Position numbers and translations under genes: made by a program. A stretch of 63,991 nucleotides of DNA, the filler included, from Ionaspis alba (Eukaryota): NCBI GenBank assembly GCA_964255285.1. It is 8 parts of 8 records of this genome, joined end to end, with 100 filler letters (N's around TTAATTAATTAA, not from the genome) between each part and the next. Parts side by side here need not be neighbours in the genome. Positions count along the whole stretch, not along the records: positions 8,103 to 16,101 come from CAXUUL010000781.1; positions 16,202 to 24,194 come from CAXUUL010000782.1; positions 24,295 to 32,272 come from CAXUUL010000783.1; 5 more parts are not named here. One strand, 5' to 3'. Of this stretch, positions 12,552 to 25,295 are shown piece after piece. Under the pieces are notes generated by a model, which made no database searches, was not told where the DNA came from, and saw only the letters and a program-made list of their open reading frames with translations. Positions within the stretch are counted from its first letter, which is position 1. Every line of letters starts with the position of its first letter.

Positions 12552-13952
12552 ATGTCAGACCTAGAGAAGTATCAAGTTTCCGTTGCAGACTCAGAGCTCG
12601 AGAAGCTCCGGTCAAAGCTTTCCGTAGCTTCATTCCCGGACGAGCTCGACGAGGCAGCTTGGGACTACGGAACCCCACTGGCCGATGTCAAGCGACTGAC
12701 CGCATACTGGAAAGACCAATTCAATTGGCGTAAAGCTGAAGTCAAGATCAATGAATTGCCCCAATTCCGCACATCTATTGAGGTGGAAGATTTTGACAGA
12801 CTCAATATCCATTTTGTACACCAGCCGAGCAAGGTTCCAGGAGCTATCCCGCTCCTGTTCTGCCATGGATGTAGGTCTGTTGCAGCTCTTCTTGAGCCCT
12901 AATTGACAGAAAACCACAGGGCCTGGCAGCTTCCTCGAAGTCACCAAGCTCCTACCTCTCCTCTCCGATGAAAATCGTGGAAATGGAACGCCTGCATTCC
13001 ATATTGTGGCTCCCTCCTTACCTAATTACGGTTTCTCCGATGGTGTGAACAAGAAAGGCTTCGGTATCGCCCAGTATGCCGAAACATGTCATGAATTGAT
13101 GCAAAAGCTGGGGTATACGGAGTACGTCACTCAGGGCGGTGATTGGGGCTCCATGATCACCCGCACAATGGGGATCAGGTATCCTAAGCACTGCAAAGCA
13201 TCACATATCAATATGGTGATTGGGAAGAAACCCTCTTGGACATCCAATCCGATTCTCGCACTGCAGCATCTTCTCACGCCATACAGTGCTCGAGAGCACG
13301 AGGGCCTTGCACGCACCAAATGGTTCATGGATGAAGGAAGGGGGTACAGCGCTGAGCAGAGGACGAAGCCACAGACCATAGGGTATGCTTTGGCGGATAG
13401 CCCCGTGGCGTTACTTGCATGGATCTACGAGAAGCTGCATGATTGGACTGATGAATACCCATGGACTGAGGAGGAGATCCTGACCTGGGTTTCTATATAC
13501 TGGTTCTCCACTGCAGGGCCGGCTGCTTCGGTAAGGATCTATTACGAGGCTACTCACACCAAAGGCATTGATCGAGAGGCAATTTCCCAGTATGTGGATG
13601 GGGTTAAACTCGGATTGGCTTTCTTTCCAAAGGTATGCTGTACTTGTTCTTGAGTCTTCGCTGTCGATTATGGAGATATGGTCTCTGATACCAATTAGGA
13701 GATTTTCATTTTCCCGGCCACCTGGGGTAGGACACTGGGTCCCGTAGTGTATGAGAGTCATAACAAACAGGGTGGGCACTTTGCCGCCCATGAGAAGTGC
13801 GTATGCTCCTGCTATTTTACCAGCACTACTAACCCAATAAAAGTCCGCAGATCATCGCTGGAGATCTCCAGAAAATGTTTGGAAAAGGAGGCGGTGCTTA
13901 TGGAGTGGTCAAAGGGAAAGATGGATATGGACAGGTCATGCCAAGATTGTGA
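12552..13952 (+). CDS. Microsomal-type epoxide hydrolase (alpha/beta hydrolase) with C-terminal PRL
   Basis: EHN N-terminus (WDYGTPL...YWKDQFNWR); spliced HGWPGSFLE; QGGDWGS nucleophile elbow; GGHFAAHE. Three introns. The last exon reads [35 protein letters not shown]. Confidence 0.9.
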
Positions 13953-14110
13953 ACCATATGATGGGCAATAATCCTGACGATAGATCGACATGAAGAACTC
14001 TATGATGATTGTATGAACGCCGGCTCCAAAGTTCTCTTTGACTGGAAGTATGTACTTTGAGACAGTCTGACTAGGTTGTATAGTGAATACATGTATGTTG
14101 CCTTATACTC

Positions 14111-14210
14111 NNNNNNNNNNNNNNNNNNNNNNNNNNNNNNNNNNNNNNNNNNNNNNNNNNNNNNNNNNNNNNNNNNNNNNNNNNNNNNNNNNNNNNNNNN
14201 NNNNNNNNNN
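14111..14210. other. Within-scaffold 100-N gap with duplicated 55-bp flanks
   Basis: 14056-14110 is identical to 14211-14265. Confidence 0.95.
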
Positions 14211-14316
14211 TTTGAGACAGTCTGACTAGGTTGTATAGTGAATACATGTATGTTGCCTTATACTCGGTCACTACAGCTTTATTTACTTCGCATGCCAAGT
14301 AAGGAAACGAGGTTTC

Positions 14317-16101
14317 CTAGCTCTGGGAGTCCTTCAGTGACTTTGCGTAGACTTCGTATGAGGCACCAACGCCTAGAGCTCGCTTCATGTGCCGATTGAT
14401 CATCGATAAGCCATAAGTGTAGCTGGCATTCGTCCAACCGAAGCTTAGGACAGGATCAGCCTAATTCTTGACCAAAATTGTGCGGTATGGAGAGCGACCC
14501 ACCCTTCTCTAGCAATTCCCTCAAAATCCAGGCCCTGATTACCATACTCTGCATCAACTTCATGCGCATGCACTGCTGAAGTCACATCGTATTTCTCCAC
14601 TATCGTCCCATTGTAATCAACGACGACTCGCGTGATCATATGTAACCATCGGTAGATCAAACGGGTTGCTTCAGTCTCATAGCCGTACCTCCTAAGACCA
14701 TCCCAGGCCAGGATCTGGTGGGGTGCCCATCCAAACGGATAGTCCCATTGGCGTGCGGGAATCCCAGGACCTACCGGGCCTCTTGATCGCCGAGATCCAC
14801 AAGATAGCCCTCCGAGCTGTTCGAACATCGGCAAACCTTTCGAGACAAGCGATGCTGCCTGAGCAGGACTTGCTACGCCACACCATAGGGCGTAAAGGCA
14901 GGTGACTGATTCGAAAGTGGCTTGCTTTTGTGTCACCGTATTGTAGTCGACGTATATACCACTACCTTCGTTCCAAAGATACTTATCGATTTGGCGTTTC
15001 CTGTTCGCTGCCTTCAGGTCCCAATCTGCCGAGGTCTGTACATTGGGGGATTCAGCGCCAGAAGCACAGCAGCGGGCTGGCACCTCCAACGAGTCATCAA
15101 AGACATTACGAATAGCCCAAGCTATGTCTGTCTCATACTTGTAGAGTAGACAGTTCAAATCGATTGTGGCGAGATCTGCTGCCACACCCTCAAGACGAAT
15201 ACTAAATCAGGGAGGTCAGCATTGGTAGAACTTATTCGGAAGCGGCTTAATCTTGTGGCAAGTAAAGGAGACAAAGAAGACTCACGTCGTGTCGTGACCA
15301 GACTCTCTGACTGCTCGATCATGGAGGAAATAATCATCTAGCTCCGGCTCCTTGACAGTGCCATCGTTGTAAGCTTTGACAAACTCCGTCTTCGTCATGG
15401 CATGTTTCTTCGCATAAGGTGGAATGATGTGATCGAATTGGCCTTCTTCCACCTCAGGCGGTACTCCCAATCCTTCGGGTCTGTATCGTGAGAGGCCCGT
15501 CGTCTTGTCGTACCTTGGCTCAGACGTCCAGACATGGTTGTATTCCTTTATGGCAGCTAGGATTGCGGCCCTCAGGAATTCCTTGGAATCCTTCTCGGGC
15601 TGGATTCGTTCGTAAGTCCTCAACGATAGATCAGTGAGGAACGGGGGCTGGGACCTGCACAAGTAGTAAGATCGATTCGCGTTCGGAATCTTGCCATAGT
15701 GCTCAATCTCGAAACAGAAATTTTGGATGATATGCTTGACGACATGAACATAGTCAGCCTGCAAGAGTCCCAGACCCGAAAAGTAACTATCCCAACCATA
15801 CAGCTCGTTGAAACGACCGCCTGGCACTACAAATTGTTTCCCCTGTAGGTCTTGCGATCCAGTCTCAGGGTTTATAACAACCTTTTCCATATCGAGAGCA
15901 AGTATGCCCGGTCGATCATTGAGATTCTTCACAAAATCTGGCGTCAACCCTTGCTCCGGGAGCCACTGTACATCGAGGCGCATGTCAGGATACCTTTGAG
16001 CAATCTCGGAGTAGTAGGCGTGCTGTTCCGGCACGTCGTAGGGCACATAAATCCTGGGACGAGGGTCATCGGTCCAATCTTTTGGATCCTTAGCCGCTCG
16101 T
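14317..16101 (-). CDS. Neutral trehalase (GH37, Nth1/TreB-like), 5' end truncated
   Basis: [54 protein letters not shown], and spliced [10 protein letters not shown]; stop at 14317-14319. Confidence 0.92.
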
Positions 16102-16201
16102 NNNNNNNNNNNNNNNNNNNNNNNNNNNNNNNNNNNNNNNNNNNNTTAATTAATTAANNNNNNNNNNNNNNNNNNNNNNNNNNNNNNNNNNNNNNNNNNN
16201 N
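16102..16201. other. Artificial scaffold-joining linker
   Basis: N44-TTAATTAATTAA-N44. Confidence 0.98.
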
Positions 16202-16723
16202 TCCCGTAGGTCTTGAGCGCCTGGGCAACGATCCGGGCCTGGCGAGGGAGATGGGGTTTGATGAGGGGGTTGTGGAGAGGTATGTGCTTGGGGAGGGAGA
16301 GAATCCGATTGTGGGGGATGTGCTGGTGGGGTAGAAGTGGGTTGTGGGTTGGTTAGAAATGGGCTTTGGGCCTTTGAGGTCTGGTCGTTACTACTCGAGA
16401 GCTGGGTTTTTCTGAAGGGCAGCTCGACGACTTTTCGTCGCTCCTGGCATGGTGTGTAGCTGGAAAGAGGGGATCGGTACAGGGTTCCATTTTCTGAATC
16501 CGGAGTTGCTAGGGCATCGTGCTTAGACAGTGAATAGGGGAGCGTGGAGAGGTGACTCCATAGAGCGGAACAAATCGATTCGAACTCCTTGTATACTCGC
16601 TATCAAGTAAAGTTTAATTTCTCTATCTCCTGTCGAGGAGTCCCTCAGTGCATGCCAATTACATTTAATTCCCACTGCCCACACTCCTAACAGTTGACAC
16701 ATGATCGGATAAGACACAAAGAA

Positions 16724-17833
16724 TCATAGAGAGACAACCACCTTCTTCGCCGACACACCCTTCATATTCATATCCATAGCTTTCTGGACAAACTCAAGGC
16801 CCTTCCCAACAACAAGCGGTTTCGGTGCAGCAATGTACTTGCTTTCTGCCAGAGCAGCCGGCAAAAAGTCTTCGTAGATAGCGGTACCGATCTCGTTCGC
16901 CATTGGGTCGCTGCCAAAAATGAACTTCGTACTAACACCTTTGATCCTGGACTTCACCGCCAAAGATACATTAGACAATCCTATGGAAGCGCCGAATGAG
17001 ACCCATTCCATTGTGCTCGTCGGCTTCTTCTCAGGCAAATCGACACTCGCCTGGGCAACGAATTTCTTTCCCTTGGACGCCGCAACGATTTCAATGCAAG
17101 CCTTCGCGGATCCAGTCCCGATAGCAATTGCACCAGCACATTCTCTGTCGTGGAATGCTTCGATGATGTCCTTCACAACCGTCTTGCTCCGGTAGTCATA
17201 GACCCCGACAGCGCCAAGCTTCTTGAGGTATTCGAAGTTCTTAGGCGAGGCCGTTGCAATGACTTCGTGGCCGGCAGCGACAGCAAGCTGAATGGCGTTA
17301 CAGCCTACGCTTGTGGAACCACCCCAGACGAGGACGGTCTTCCCGCTCACTTGAGGTGCTGTGGTTGGATATGGTAAGGCGAGGAAATCCTTTTGGAACA
17401 AACCACAGGACGCGGTGGACAAACAGAGTGGTAGGACGCAGGCGTCTTCGTAGGATAGGGAGTCGGGGATAGGTGAAGCCAGTTTGCTTCTGACTACGGT
17501 GTACTCCTGGAATGCCCCCTCAGATGATTTGTTGCTCCTCTGATCCATTCCGACAGCGTGAGCAACGATTCGGTCGCCAACATTGAACCGGGTAACGCCT
17601 TTCCCGACTTCGACAACCTCGCCGGCAAGATCGCTACCCATGATGAAAGGATATTTGATCCAGGAGAACATTAGATTGCCGGCGGTTTGTTTGAGCCAGT
17701 CAAGCGGATTGATGGCAATGGCACCGTTCTTAACGACGATTTCGTTTTCGCCGGCTGAGGTGTAGGGAGCAGGCTTGACTTCGAGGGGTTTGACGGATTT
17801 GGAAGTCAGCCATGCGGCATGATTGGAAGGCAT
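16724..17833 (-). CDS. MDR-family enoyl-reductase-like oxidoreductase (CipB-like), intronless
   Basis: AINPLDW, GSDLAGEVVEVG, GAFQEY, VLVWGGSTSVGCNAIQLA, C-terminal GVSAKKVVVSL. Confidence 0.88.
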   Translation of the reverse strand: MPSNHAAWLTSKSVKPLEVKPAPYTSAGENEIVVKNGAIAINPLDWLKQTAGNLMFSWIKYPFIMGSDLAGEVVEVGKGVTRFNVGDRIVAHAVGMDQRSNKSSEGAFQEYTVVRSKLASPIPDSLSYEDACVLPLCLSTASCGLFQKDFLALPYPTTAPQVSGKTVLVWGGSTSVGCNAIQLAVAAGHEVIATASPKNFEYLKKLGAVGVYDYRSKTVVKDIIEAFHDRECAGAIAIGTGSAKACIEIVAASKGKKFVAQASVDLPEKKPTSTMEWVSFGASIGLSNVSLAVKSRIKGVSTKFIFGSDPMANEIGTAIYEDFLPAALAESKYIAAPKPLVVGKGLEFVQKAMDMNMKGVSAKKVVVSL

Positions 17834-19264
17834 AATGTTTCTGATGAAGAAGACAGAAAGTTGCTGGAAGGGCAGTAGCGTAGTGAGTTTGAGGCTGAGG
17901 ATTTGGCTGTTCTTACTGAATGCAAGACAAAATGGAGGACGGACACAGTCAAGATATAGGCTTCAATTCGGACTGCAATTAAGCCGCCAACTGTACTACG
18001 AGACCAATCAATTCAGTCCGCGCCTGCGGGCTGAGTCAGGTGGAAATCTTGAACGTCATGATCGAAGAAAAAGACAGGTCAAGCACCATTTCAGAACGCT
18101 CGATCACGAAGATTAACCAATGAAGCGTGAATCGCTTCTGCATCTCGGAGGAGAATCATACCGACTTTTGGCCATAATGGTAGAAGTAGGAAGGACAAAT
18201 TCTGTGTAACCACGTTATCAGCAGCAACTCTTGCTTCGCCATGGGCGTTTCTGCATTTCCAAGTCTCTCGTAGTGTATCTGGGGCTGCTGCTGCTTTACA
18301 TATATTTACAGCAGCGAGGGAAGTCGGTGCAATTTCCCTCCGTCTCAAACATCCGAGCCCGAACTTTCGGGCCGTTCGCTAAGGTTTTCCCGGATAAGGT
18401 GTATGCTGGCACGGCTGGAAATGCAAAGCACTCCGACGACAGGAACCAGCACCCGTTCCGTGACAAGGTGCGAAGGTCACCCCGTGCAAGGATTTACGGA
18501 AGGCCTAGATGGGATCGTAGCAGATAGCGAAAGACATCAAGGTCTGCTGAAAGATGGCAGCGCTCTGCAGGTGGAGGGCGCAATCTCTCGGTGTTACATC
18601 GTGCGGCTGTTAGGATGCAGAGATGCACTCCGCAAAACCCTACCAATGTGTTTCCAAGGTCCACGAGGTATGCAGGGAATCCACGTGGGCGGGGCCTGCT
18701 CGTCAAGGCTAAGAATATTTTTTACCAAAACATTGAGGCGGCTGAAATCGGGATTGACGCTAAAATCTGACTTTCAGTCTCCTTGGCGACTCGGATGTCA
18801 ATAATGTGTATACTAAATCATGCTTACAGAGTATGTCTTCACGCTTCCAAACAATCGCAATACTAAAGCCTGGTCTGGCTAAGTTGACCGGGGAGTCTTC
18901 GTGGAAAGAACAGAAGTGATGTTGCAAGAGTGATCCTTTCATGGAGTGCCACTCCGTGAAAGGATCTGACGATGTTACACTCTCTGAAAAGGCACCATAT
19001 GGACCTGCATGCTCATCACACCGCATATATGACTGTGCTTACATCGCTGATGAACACAAGTCGGGGGAGGATGCTTACTATAAAGCTTTCGTCATGTCTG
19101 TTCTGTGCCAGCCTGGTCTTGTGGACATCGAGAATCAAATATATCATTGCATTTACGTGCCACGTCCAAACGTACTAGGAAGATGTCCTTATCCATTTCT
19201 CTGAACTAGAATCTCTGAACCAGTTTTTCCTCTCAAAGATCTCTGACAGATTATAAGAATCATC

Positions 19265-21427
19265 ATGTTCAGACCTTGTATTTCCCAGCTCGTTGGCGTA
19301 CTGATTCTTGTCCTGTTGAACATCCAAAATGGAATCTTCACAGCCGCAGCTCCATTCAATCCCGGATACAACACCACAGATTGCAAATGCATGCCTGGTG
19401 ACGCCTGCTGGCCATCTACAGAAGACTGGACAGCTTTGAACAAGGCTCTCAATGGGAAATTAATTCCAACAACCCCAATTGGGTCTCCGTGCCATGACCC
19501 ACACTACGTCGAGGCTGAATGTCAAGCTATAAAGCACGAATGGTATCGGCCGGACATACAGTAAGATCCCCTAGCATTCTCAGCTGATTACATCTACACT
19601 CCCTCTTTCATTACTTTTGCTGACCGGGCGGGTGTCATACAGCTATGCCTCTTCTTCGTCTATCATGGCTCCCTTCTTCGCGAACCGTAGCTGCGATCCA
19701 TGGGCCGCTAAAGATTCGCCGTGTACGATCGGCGTATATGTTCGCTATGCAATCAACGTTACCGAGCCACGGGACATTGCCATTGGAATCGCGTTTGCGA
19801 AGAAGAGAAATATTCGGCTTGTGATTCGCAATACCGGCCATGAGTATGTGGGAGTGATCTCTTTGCATTCCAACCCTATCTCTCCATCAAATGCTGACAT
19901 GGTGGCACCTCTCAAGCTATTTGGGCAAGTCAACCGGAGATGGCGCGTTGGCTATATGGACGCATCATCTTAAGAAAATCGAGTTCCGGGATTATAACAG
20001 CACCTATTATACCGGCAAAGCCATCAAAATAGGTGCAGGCGTACAGGGATTTGAAGCAAATACCGCGGCAGACAAGCAAGGCCTGAACGTGGTCGGTGGC
20101 GAGTGCCCTACTGTGGGCATAGCAGGTTCGTGACATCACTTTGGAATATTGTGTATCCTCAATCCTATTCCTAACCATCACGACAGGTGGATATACTCAA
20201 GGCGGAGGGCACTCTGCGCTCTCATCTCGTCACGGAATGGCCGCGGATCAGACTTTGGAGTGGGAAGTGGTAACTGCGAGTGGCAAATTGCTTCGCGCAT
20301 CCCCCACGGAGAACTCTGACTTGTATTGGGCGCTGAGCGGTGGTGGTGGAGGGACGTATGGCGTGGTGTACTCGATGACCTCGAGAGTTCACAAAGACCT
20401 CCCCGTCTCTGGCTTAAACCTTACCCTCCCTAAAGCAGGTCTATCCGACGATGTCTACTATAACCTGGTAGGATCGTGGCACAAGCGTCTTATCCCCCTT
20501 ACAGACGCTGGATGCTATGCTCTCACACTCGTCACAAAACAAGTGTTTGGCCTTTATCCCGTCCTTTGCTCTGGGGTCTCCACCAACGACCTTAAATCTC
20601 TGATGAAGCCTTTTACCGACGAACTTACACGTGCGGCAGCCAATTTTACGCTGGAGTATTCTGATTATCCAACGTATTGGGCTGGGTATCAAGGACTGAT
20701 CTCCCCGGCATATCTCGGCAATTCCATTGGTCTCTCGCAAATGGGTGGCCGACTGATTCCCAGATCTGTCATTGAGAAGAACAATGACGCGCTCACCGCC
20801 ACGGTCAAGAGCATTACCAGTGATATATCTTTCATCTCGGTCGCGGTGAACACCCCCATAAGAACGACTGGTCATATCGATAATGCAGTAAGTATTCCCC
20901 CTTCCCCTCCCTCACTTTGATTGCTTTGCCCTTAACCATCCGAATAGGTCCTTCCTGCTTGGCGAGACAATCAGCTTCTCATCACCCTCCAATCGTGAGT
21001 TCTCTTTTGATGACATCCCTTATAACCGTGATGATGCTGACTGAATCTGCTTCTGCTTCGAAGACCTTGGAATGACACTGCTCCATGGTCGGACCTTATT
21101 GCCTTACAACATCAGATGACTGAGAAATGGGTTCCTCAACTGACTGCACTGACACCCGGTGGCGGCTGCTATATGAACGAGGTAAGTGATGACCAAATGC
21201 AATGAATTTATTAAATAGCCTTTTCTTCTCAAGCTGATGCCTCGTCACACCAACCACAGGCCGATTTCAGGCAGCCGGACTGGCAGCAAGCGTTTTATGG
21301 CTCCAATTATGACAAGCTTCGCTCTGTCAAGACCAAATATGATCCGACCCATCTCTTTTATGCAACGACTGCCGTTGGTAGCGAGTATTGGAAGGTTGAG
21401 ACGGATGGACGGCTTTGCCGCGCTTGA
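19265..21427 (+). CDS. Secreted FAD-linked oxidoreductase (BBE-like, VAO/PCMH family)
   Basis: Signal peptide; CKCMPGDACWPS; spliced RLVIRNTGHD/YLGKSTG; GECPTVGIAG/GYTQGGGH; WALSGGGGGTYG; C-terminal BBE region YMNE...FYGSNYDKLRSVKTKYDP. About six introns. Confidence 0.88.
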
Positions 21428-22034
21428 TGTGGAGCATGGTAATCGGAGTGTTTGTATTGCACTCGAGCTTAGATAGGTATGCTCGACCAAGGCAGTAGAG
21501 GATAAACATTTGGATATTAGCAAGTTGGGAAGATCAGTATATATTTCTTGGGCTCTGCAGAATTACTTCGTGCAGTTAAAACATACAATTTTAAATTGCT
21601 TCCTCTCCCTCGAGTTTACATAAAAGTCGGGCCAAATGCAATGTAGAAGATATCAATATCGGTCATTGTTGTTGTCATCCTTAAAGTACATGATCCGTCC
21701 CTCTGTAGGTTTGTAAATATCTAGGCCGGTTCATAGCCTTGTAACTTTTTCATGATTGTGGAATTGTAAGCCTACTTTGCCATACTAACGCGATTTAGAT
21801 CTCTCATCGGCCTTTTTCAGCTTCTTGCTCTTGTCAATTGATTCAAATCATGGTCTATTCTGGCACAGCATCTATGCTTCTCCGGAATATTTTATTATCA
21901 GCGTGACATTTCCCGTAGGAACGCTCAGGGTTCTGAATGGTGTCTACGCGCCGTCAAAGCAAAGTACGCGTTTGGAAGCATTATCTCGACATATACTGCC
22001 GCGCAATCCCTACTACGAACGAACTCAAGCAGCC

Positions 22035-23077
22035 ATGTCTGACGCTGACGATGCACCCTACAACAACACCAATCGCGCGTTCCTACAAGCACTTTTGGCT
22101 CGATCGACCATAACCTACGAAGAAGCGAAACCCATCCTCGCTGCAATCTTCACAGCTCATGGTACATTGACTGCAACATCTCCGAAAAAGTCGGTACTGA
22201 CACGTTGTAGAGAAGCGTGAGACACTTCCGGAAGATGTCACCGAAGCAGACTTCAATTCCTACCTCAATGCCGCGAACAACGCCCTCTCCCCTTACGACT
22301 TTGAGATCCGCAGCACACAGCACCAGACAAGTCGAACGAGGATTCACGCTCTAGTAAACTCTACCAGCGATCCTATCACTCAACTCGCGACCGTACACTC
22401 TGCCGACGAATTGAGCTTCCTCAAGCGCGTTCTGGATGCGATGTTCGAGACCTACAATACTTCTCGCGACGAAGTCATGGCCATTACATCCATGCAAGCA
22501 GTCCGACTAAACAAGCCTCCGAATGAAGGGAGACGGCAAACGCAGAACGGCTCAGAAACCCAGGGTAGTGCAGGGTCAGGCATCACGATGCTACAGGCGG
22601 AGAAAATGCTCAAGTCCCTCGTTGAGGAAGGATGGTTTGAAAAAAGCAGGAAGGGCTACTACAGCCTTACTCCACGGGCGCTGATGGAGCTGCGGGGCTG
22701 GCTCATAGAGACGTACAACGACGTGGATGAAGAGGAAGATGAGAACAGGGTGCTTAGGATCAAACTCTGCTATGCGTGCAAGGAGATAATCACAGTCGTG
22801 AGTATCCTAGAATCGAAGCACAGTATCATGGCTGACCATTATCCAGGGCCAGCGCTGTCCGAAGCGTACTTGTCAATGTCGTCTACACGATATCTGTACG
22901 CAAAACTTCTTCCGCATGCAGCAGTCGAAGAAGTGCCCGCTTTGCAAGACTGATTGGACGGGTAATGACTTCGTTGGTGAGCGTGCTGCTCCTTCAACTA
23001 GTAAGAGGAGAAGTGGTGCCGGTTCGAACGTCAGTAATACTATGCGACAAGCTGAAGAGGATGAAGAGGACGAATGA
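22035..23077 (+). CDS. NSE1: SMC5/6 complex subunit Nse1 (winged helix plus RING)
   Basis: YNNTNRAFLQALLAR, ALVNSTSDPITQLAT, LTPRALMELRGWL, and spliced RING CYAC...GQRC...C.CRLHDIC...CPLC. Two introns. Confidence 0.9.
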
Positions 23078-23842
23078 TGTTGTGATCCTGCAATTCAGTT
23101 CCTACAATTCGTCCTTATTACAGGAGCACCAAGGAGCAAGGTCTGACTATCTCCCCACTGTACCCGGTCCGGTCATCCTTAATTTTGCAACTAGCGAGTT
23201 TCGCTGCTCAACGCCGTTACCCCAGTGCTAAATCAAGCGCTCTGTCTGCTGTGTATTGGGGTCTACCGAGCCGGAGTCATTTTTATACTATCGTGCTCTA
23301 CAACTCAATGACCTCGATTCAGAAACCTCCGGCCTCGCTGTCAGTGATGTGCAGGAGAAGCTTTCAAACCGTGGCTATTTTGTGGCCGAGCCATAACAGC
23401 TTCCGGCCTGATCATACTGGCTCCTTAAGAGTCGCTGAATCGTCCTATACGGTACGAACAGCATTGGGTTCGTCTTTGGGATTTTTGAAAAGATGGAGGA
23501 AGGCCTGAATGCTGTCGCAGGCCGCTGTCTTCTCTATAAAGCTCTTGCTCTGAAGCAGCTGGTGGACGACTCTTGGCGCTTAGCTTTGTTGGAGACTAAG
23601 AAAGGAGAAATCATGAGACTAAGCATTCACTTTGTTGCACTGGTAAAATTGGAATGAAATGATACGCTCTGTCCATGTTGAGAGAGCTTTTACTTCAGAG
23701 GCTAGTCACTGCTTTCGACACCCGATTCCGGGTCTCAACAACACCTTGACACACGCTGCAACCGCAGTGCTTAACGACTCTGTCTCCTGCTCCCTTTCGC
23801 CTATACCACCGCGTCTGATTCTTACTTACACTCCACCATCAC

Positions 23843-24194
23843 TTACTCGGACTTGACGTCCACCTTCGTTTTGTCTAGGGTGGTCAGTATACTCGCACGC
23901 GTCTTTGGTAAGGGGAACTCGTACAGAAAGCAACATGATCCTTGATATTGGCTGCCTTTTCCTTAGGCTCCGGATAGTACCACGCCGCGTCCTTGAGTTC
24001 CTTGTCTGTTGCCAAAACAAGATTAGATTATCAATCTCTGCAATCGATAGGAGGGTTCATAGAGTGGAATGACGAGGAAAATGGAGTATTTGAGGCACCA
24101 GATGGAGGCGGAAACTCACCGCCAACAGTAATGTTATAGTAGGAGGCAGTCCCCTTCCAGGGACAAACAGTTGTGGTGTTGGACTTTGAGAAGA
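23843..24194 (-). CDS. DUF427-family protein, 3' exons only
   Basis: Spliced ...TTTVCPWKGTASYYNITVG/...KELKDAAWYYPEPKEKAANIKDHVAF/YKTKVDVKSE*; CPWKG.A.YY is the DUF427 motif. Not captured by the ORF track. Confidence 0.85.
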
Positions 24195-24294
24195 NNNNNN
24201 NNNNNNNNNNNNNNNNNNNNNNNNNNNNNNNNNNNNNNTTAATTAATTAANNNNNNNNNNNNNNNNNNNNNNNNNNNNNNNNNNNNNNNNNNNN
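24195..24294. other. Artificial scaffold-joining linker
   Basis: N44-TTAATTAATTAA-N44. Confidence 0.98.
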
Positions 24295-24376
24295 ATTTGG
24301 AGGTAGGCGTCTTCTTCTTTTCTGTGCCAGTTTCAGCTCGCTTGGCCTGACGAGCTGCCTTTGAAGCGGAGACCAT
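24295..24376 (-). CDS. ARB1: N-terminus of ABC-F ATPase Arb1/ABCF2; the rest lies off the scaffold
   Basis: MVSASKAARQAKRAETGTEKKKTPTSK resembles the characteristic MVSASKAARxAKR start of filamentous-fungal Arb1. Only 27 codons are visible. Confidence 0.6.
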
Positions 24377-25295
24377 GATGAGTGTCGATGCGTGAAGTGA
24401 AAGAGCGTGTTGTTGTCGGACTCAGCAAGGAAGAGGTGCGGGTCAAAGTGCAAGTCGGGGTGGTGGTGGGGCTCTTATCGACTGCGCCAAAAGTGGCGGT
24501 ACTTCTGACGTGGGCTTGCAGCACTGGCAAGTCTTTGTAGATGTGACTACAGTACCTTGGACTAGTCTGGATACGATCGAGGATTGATTCAGATTGTTCA
24601 CACAATGTGGCACAGTTCGAGGCTTGGGATTGTTCAGGAAGATGTCCTTTGTGTGACGCCCAACCTTTTTCTCACATTTTTCGATCTCGCTTACAGCCCT
24701 AAGGATCCAATGGGTTGGATCTCGAAGGCTTCGGTCTAATATTGCTCGAGTGGTTATATCCCGACTAGTTTCTTCTTAGATTCCGTGTCTGATTGTTTCT
24801 CTTTGATTGTGATTCCAACTGCTATGTAGTTAGGTTTATGAAGTAAACTTTACTATCACAATCCAATCCCTTGCCATGCGATACAAGGATTAAATTTCTC
24901 CATATACGATTTGCAGAATAGTCCGATGATCTCGCCATCCTGACGTCCAAATACTTACAATACTGCCGAAATAAAAGAAGAATGAAGAAGAAGAAGATCT
25001 TGAGGGATGTTTGGCGACCATCTTTTGCGACCTTCCTGAGATTAGGTATCACAGCAATCAATCTATTCCCACTCATTTGGTCAAAGGTGTCCTATCGTGT
25101 ACTCCATGGCTCAGGAGTCACACGTCTCTTGTTGTTTGACACATATTTGGCATGTCACAGAGGAGCAAATGTCCAAACTGCATTCGGATATTGTTTTTAG
25201 TAGCCCCACAGCCGTAGTTGTCCTAGCACAGACCTTTCCTAAGCTCCACACCAGTTAGCATCGATAAAGAAGATTCCAGAACAGCACACTTCGTC

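Noticed and set aside
14056..14265. 55-bp direct repeat flanking a gap, resembling an LTR or TSD
   Set aside because: Exact overlap on both sides of a 100-N gap; most simply an assembly overlap.
16202..16600. Open Pro-rich minus-strand frame running off the scaffold start
   Set aside because: No in-frame ATG or motif; low-complexity skewed composition explains the lack of stops.
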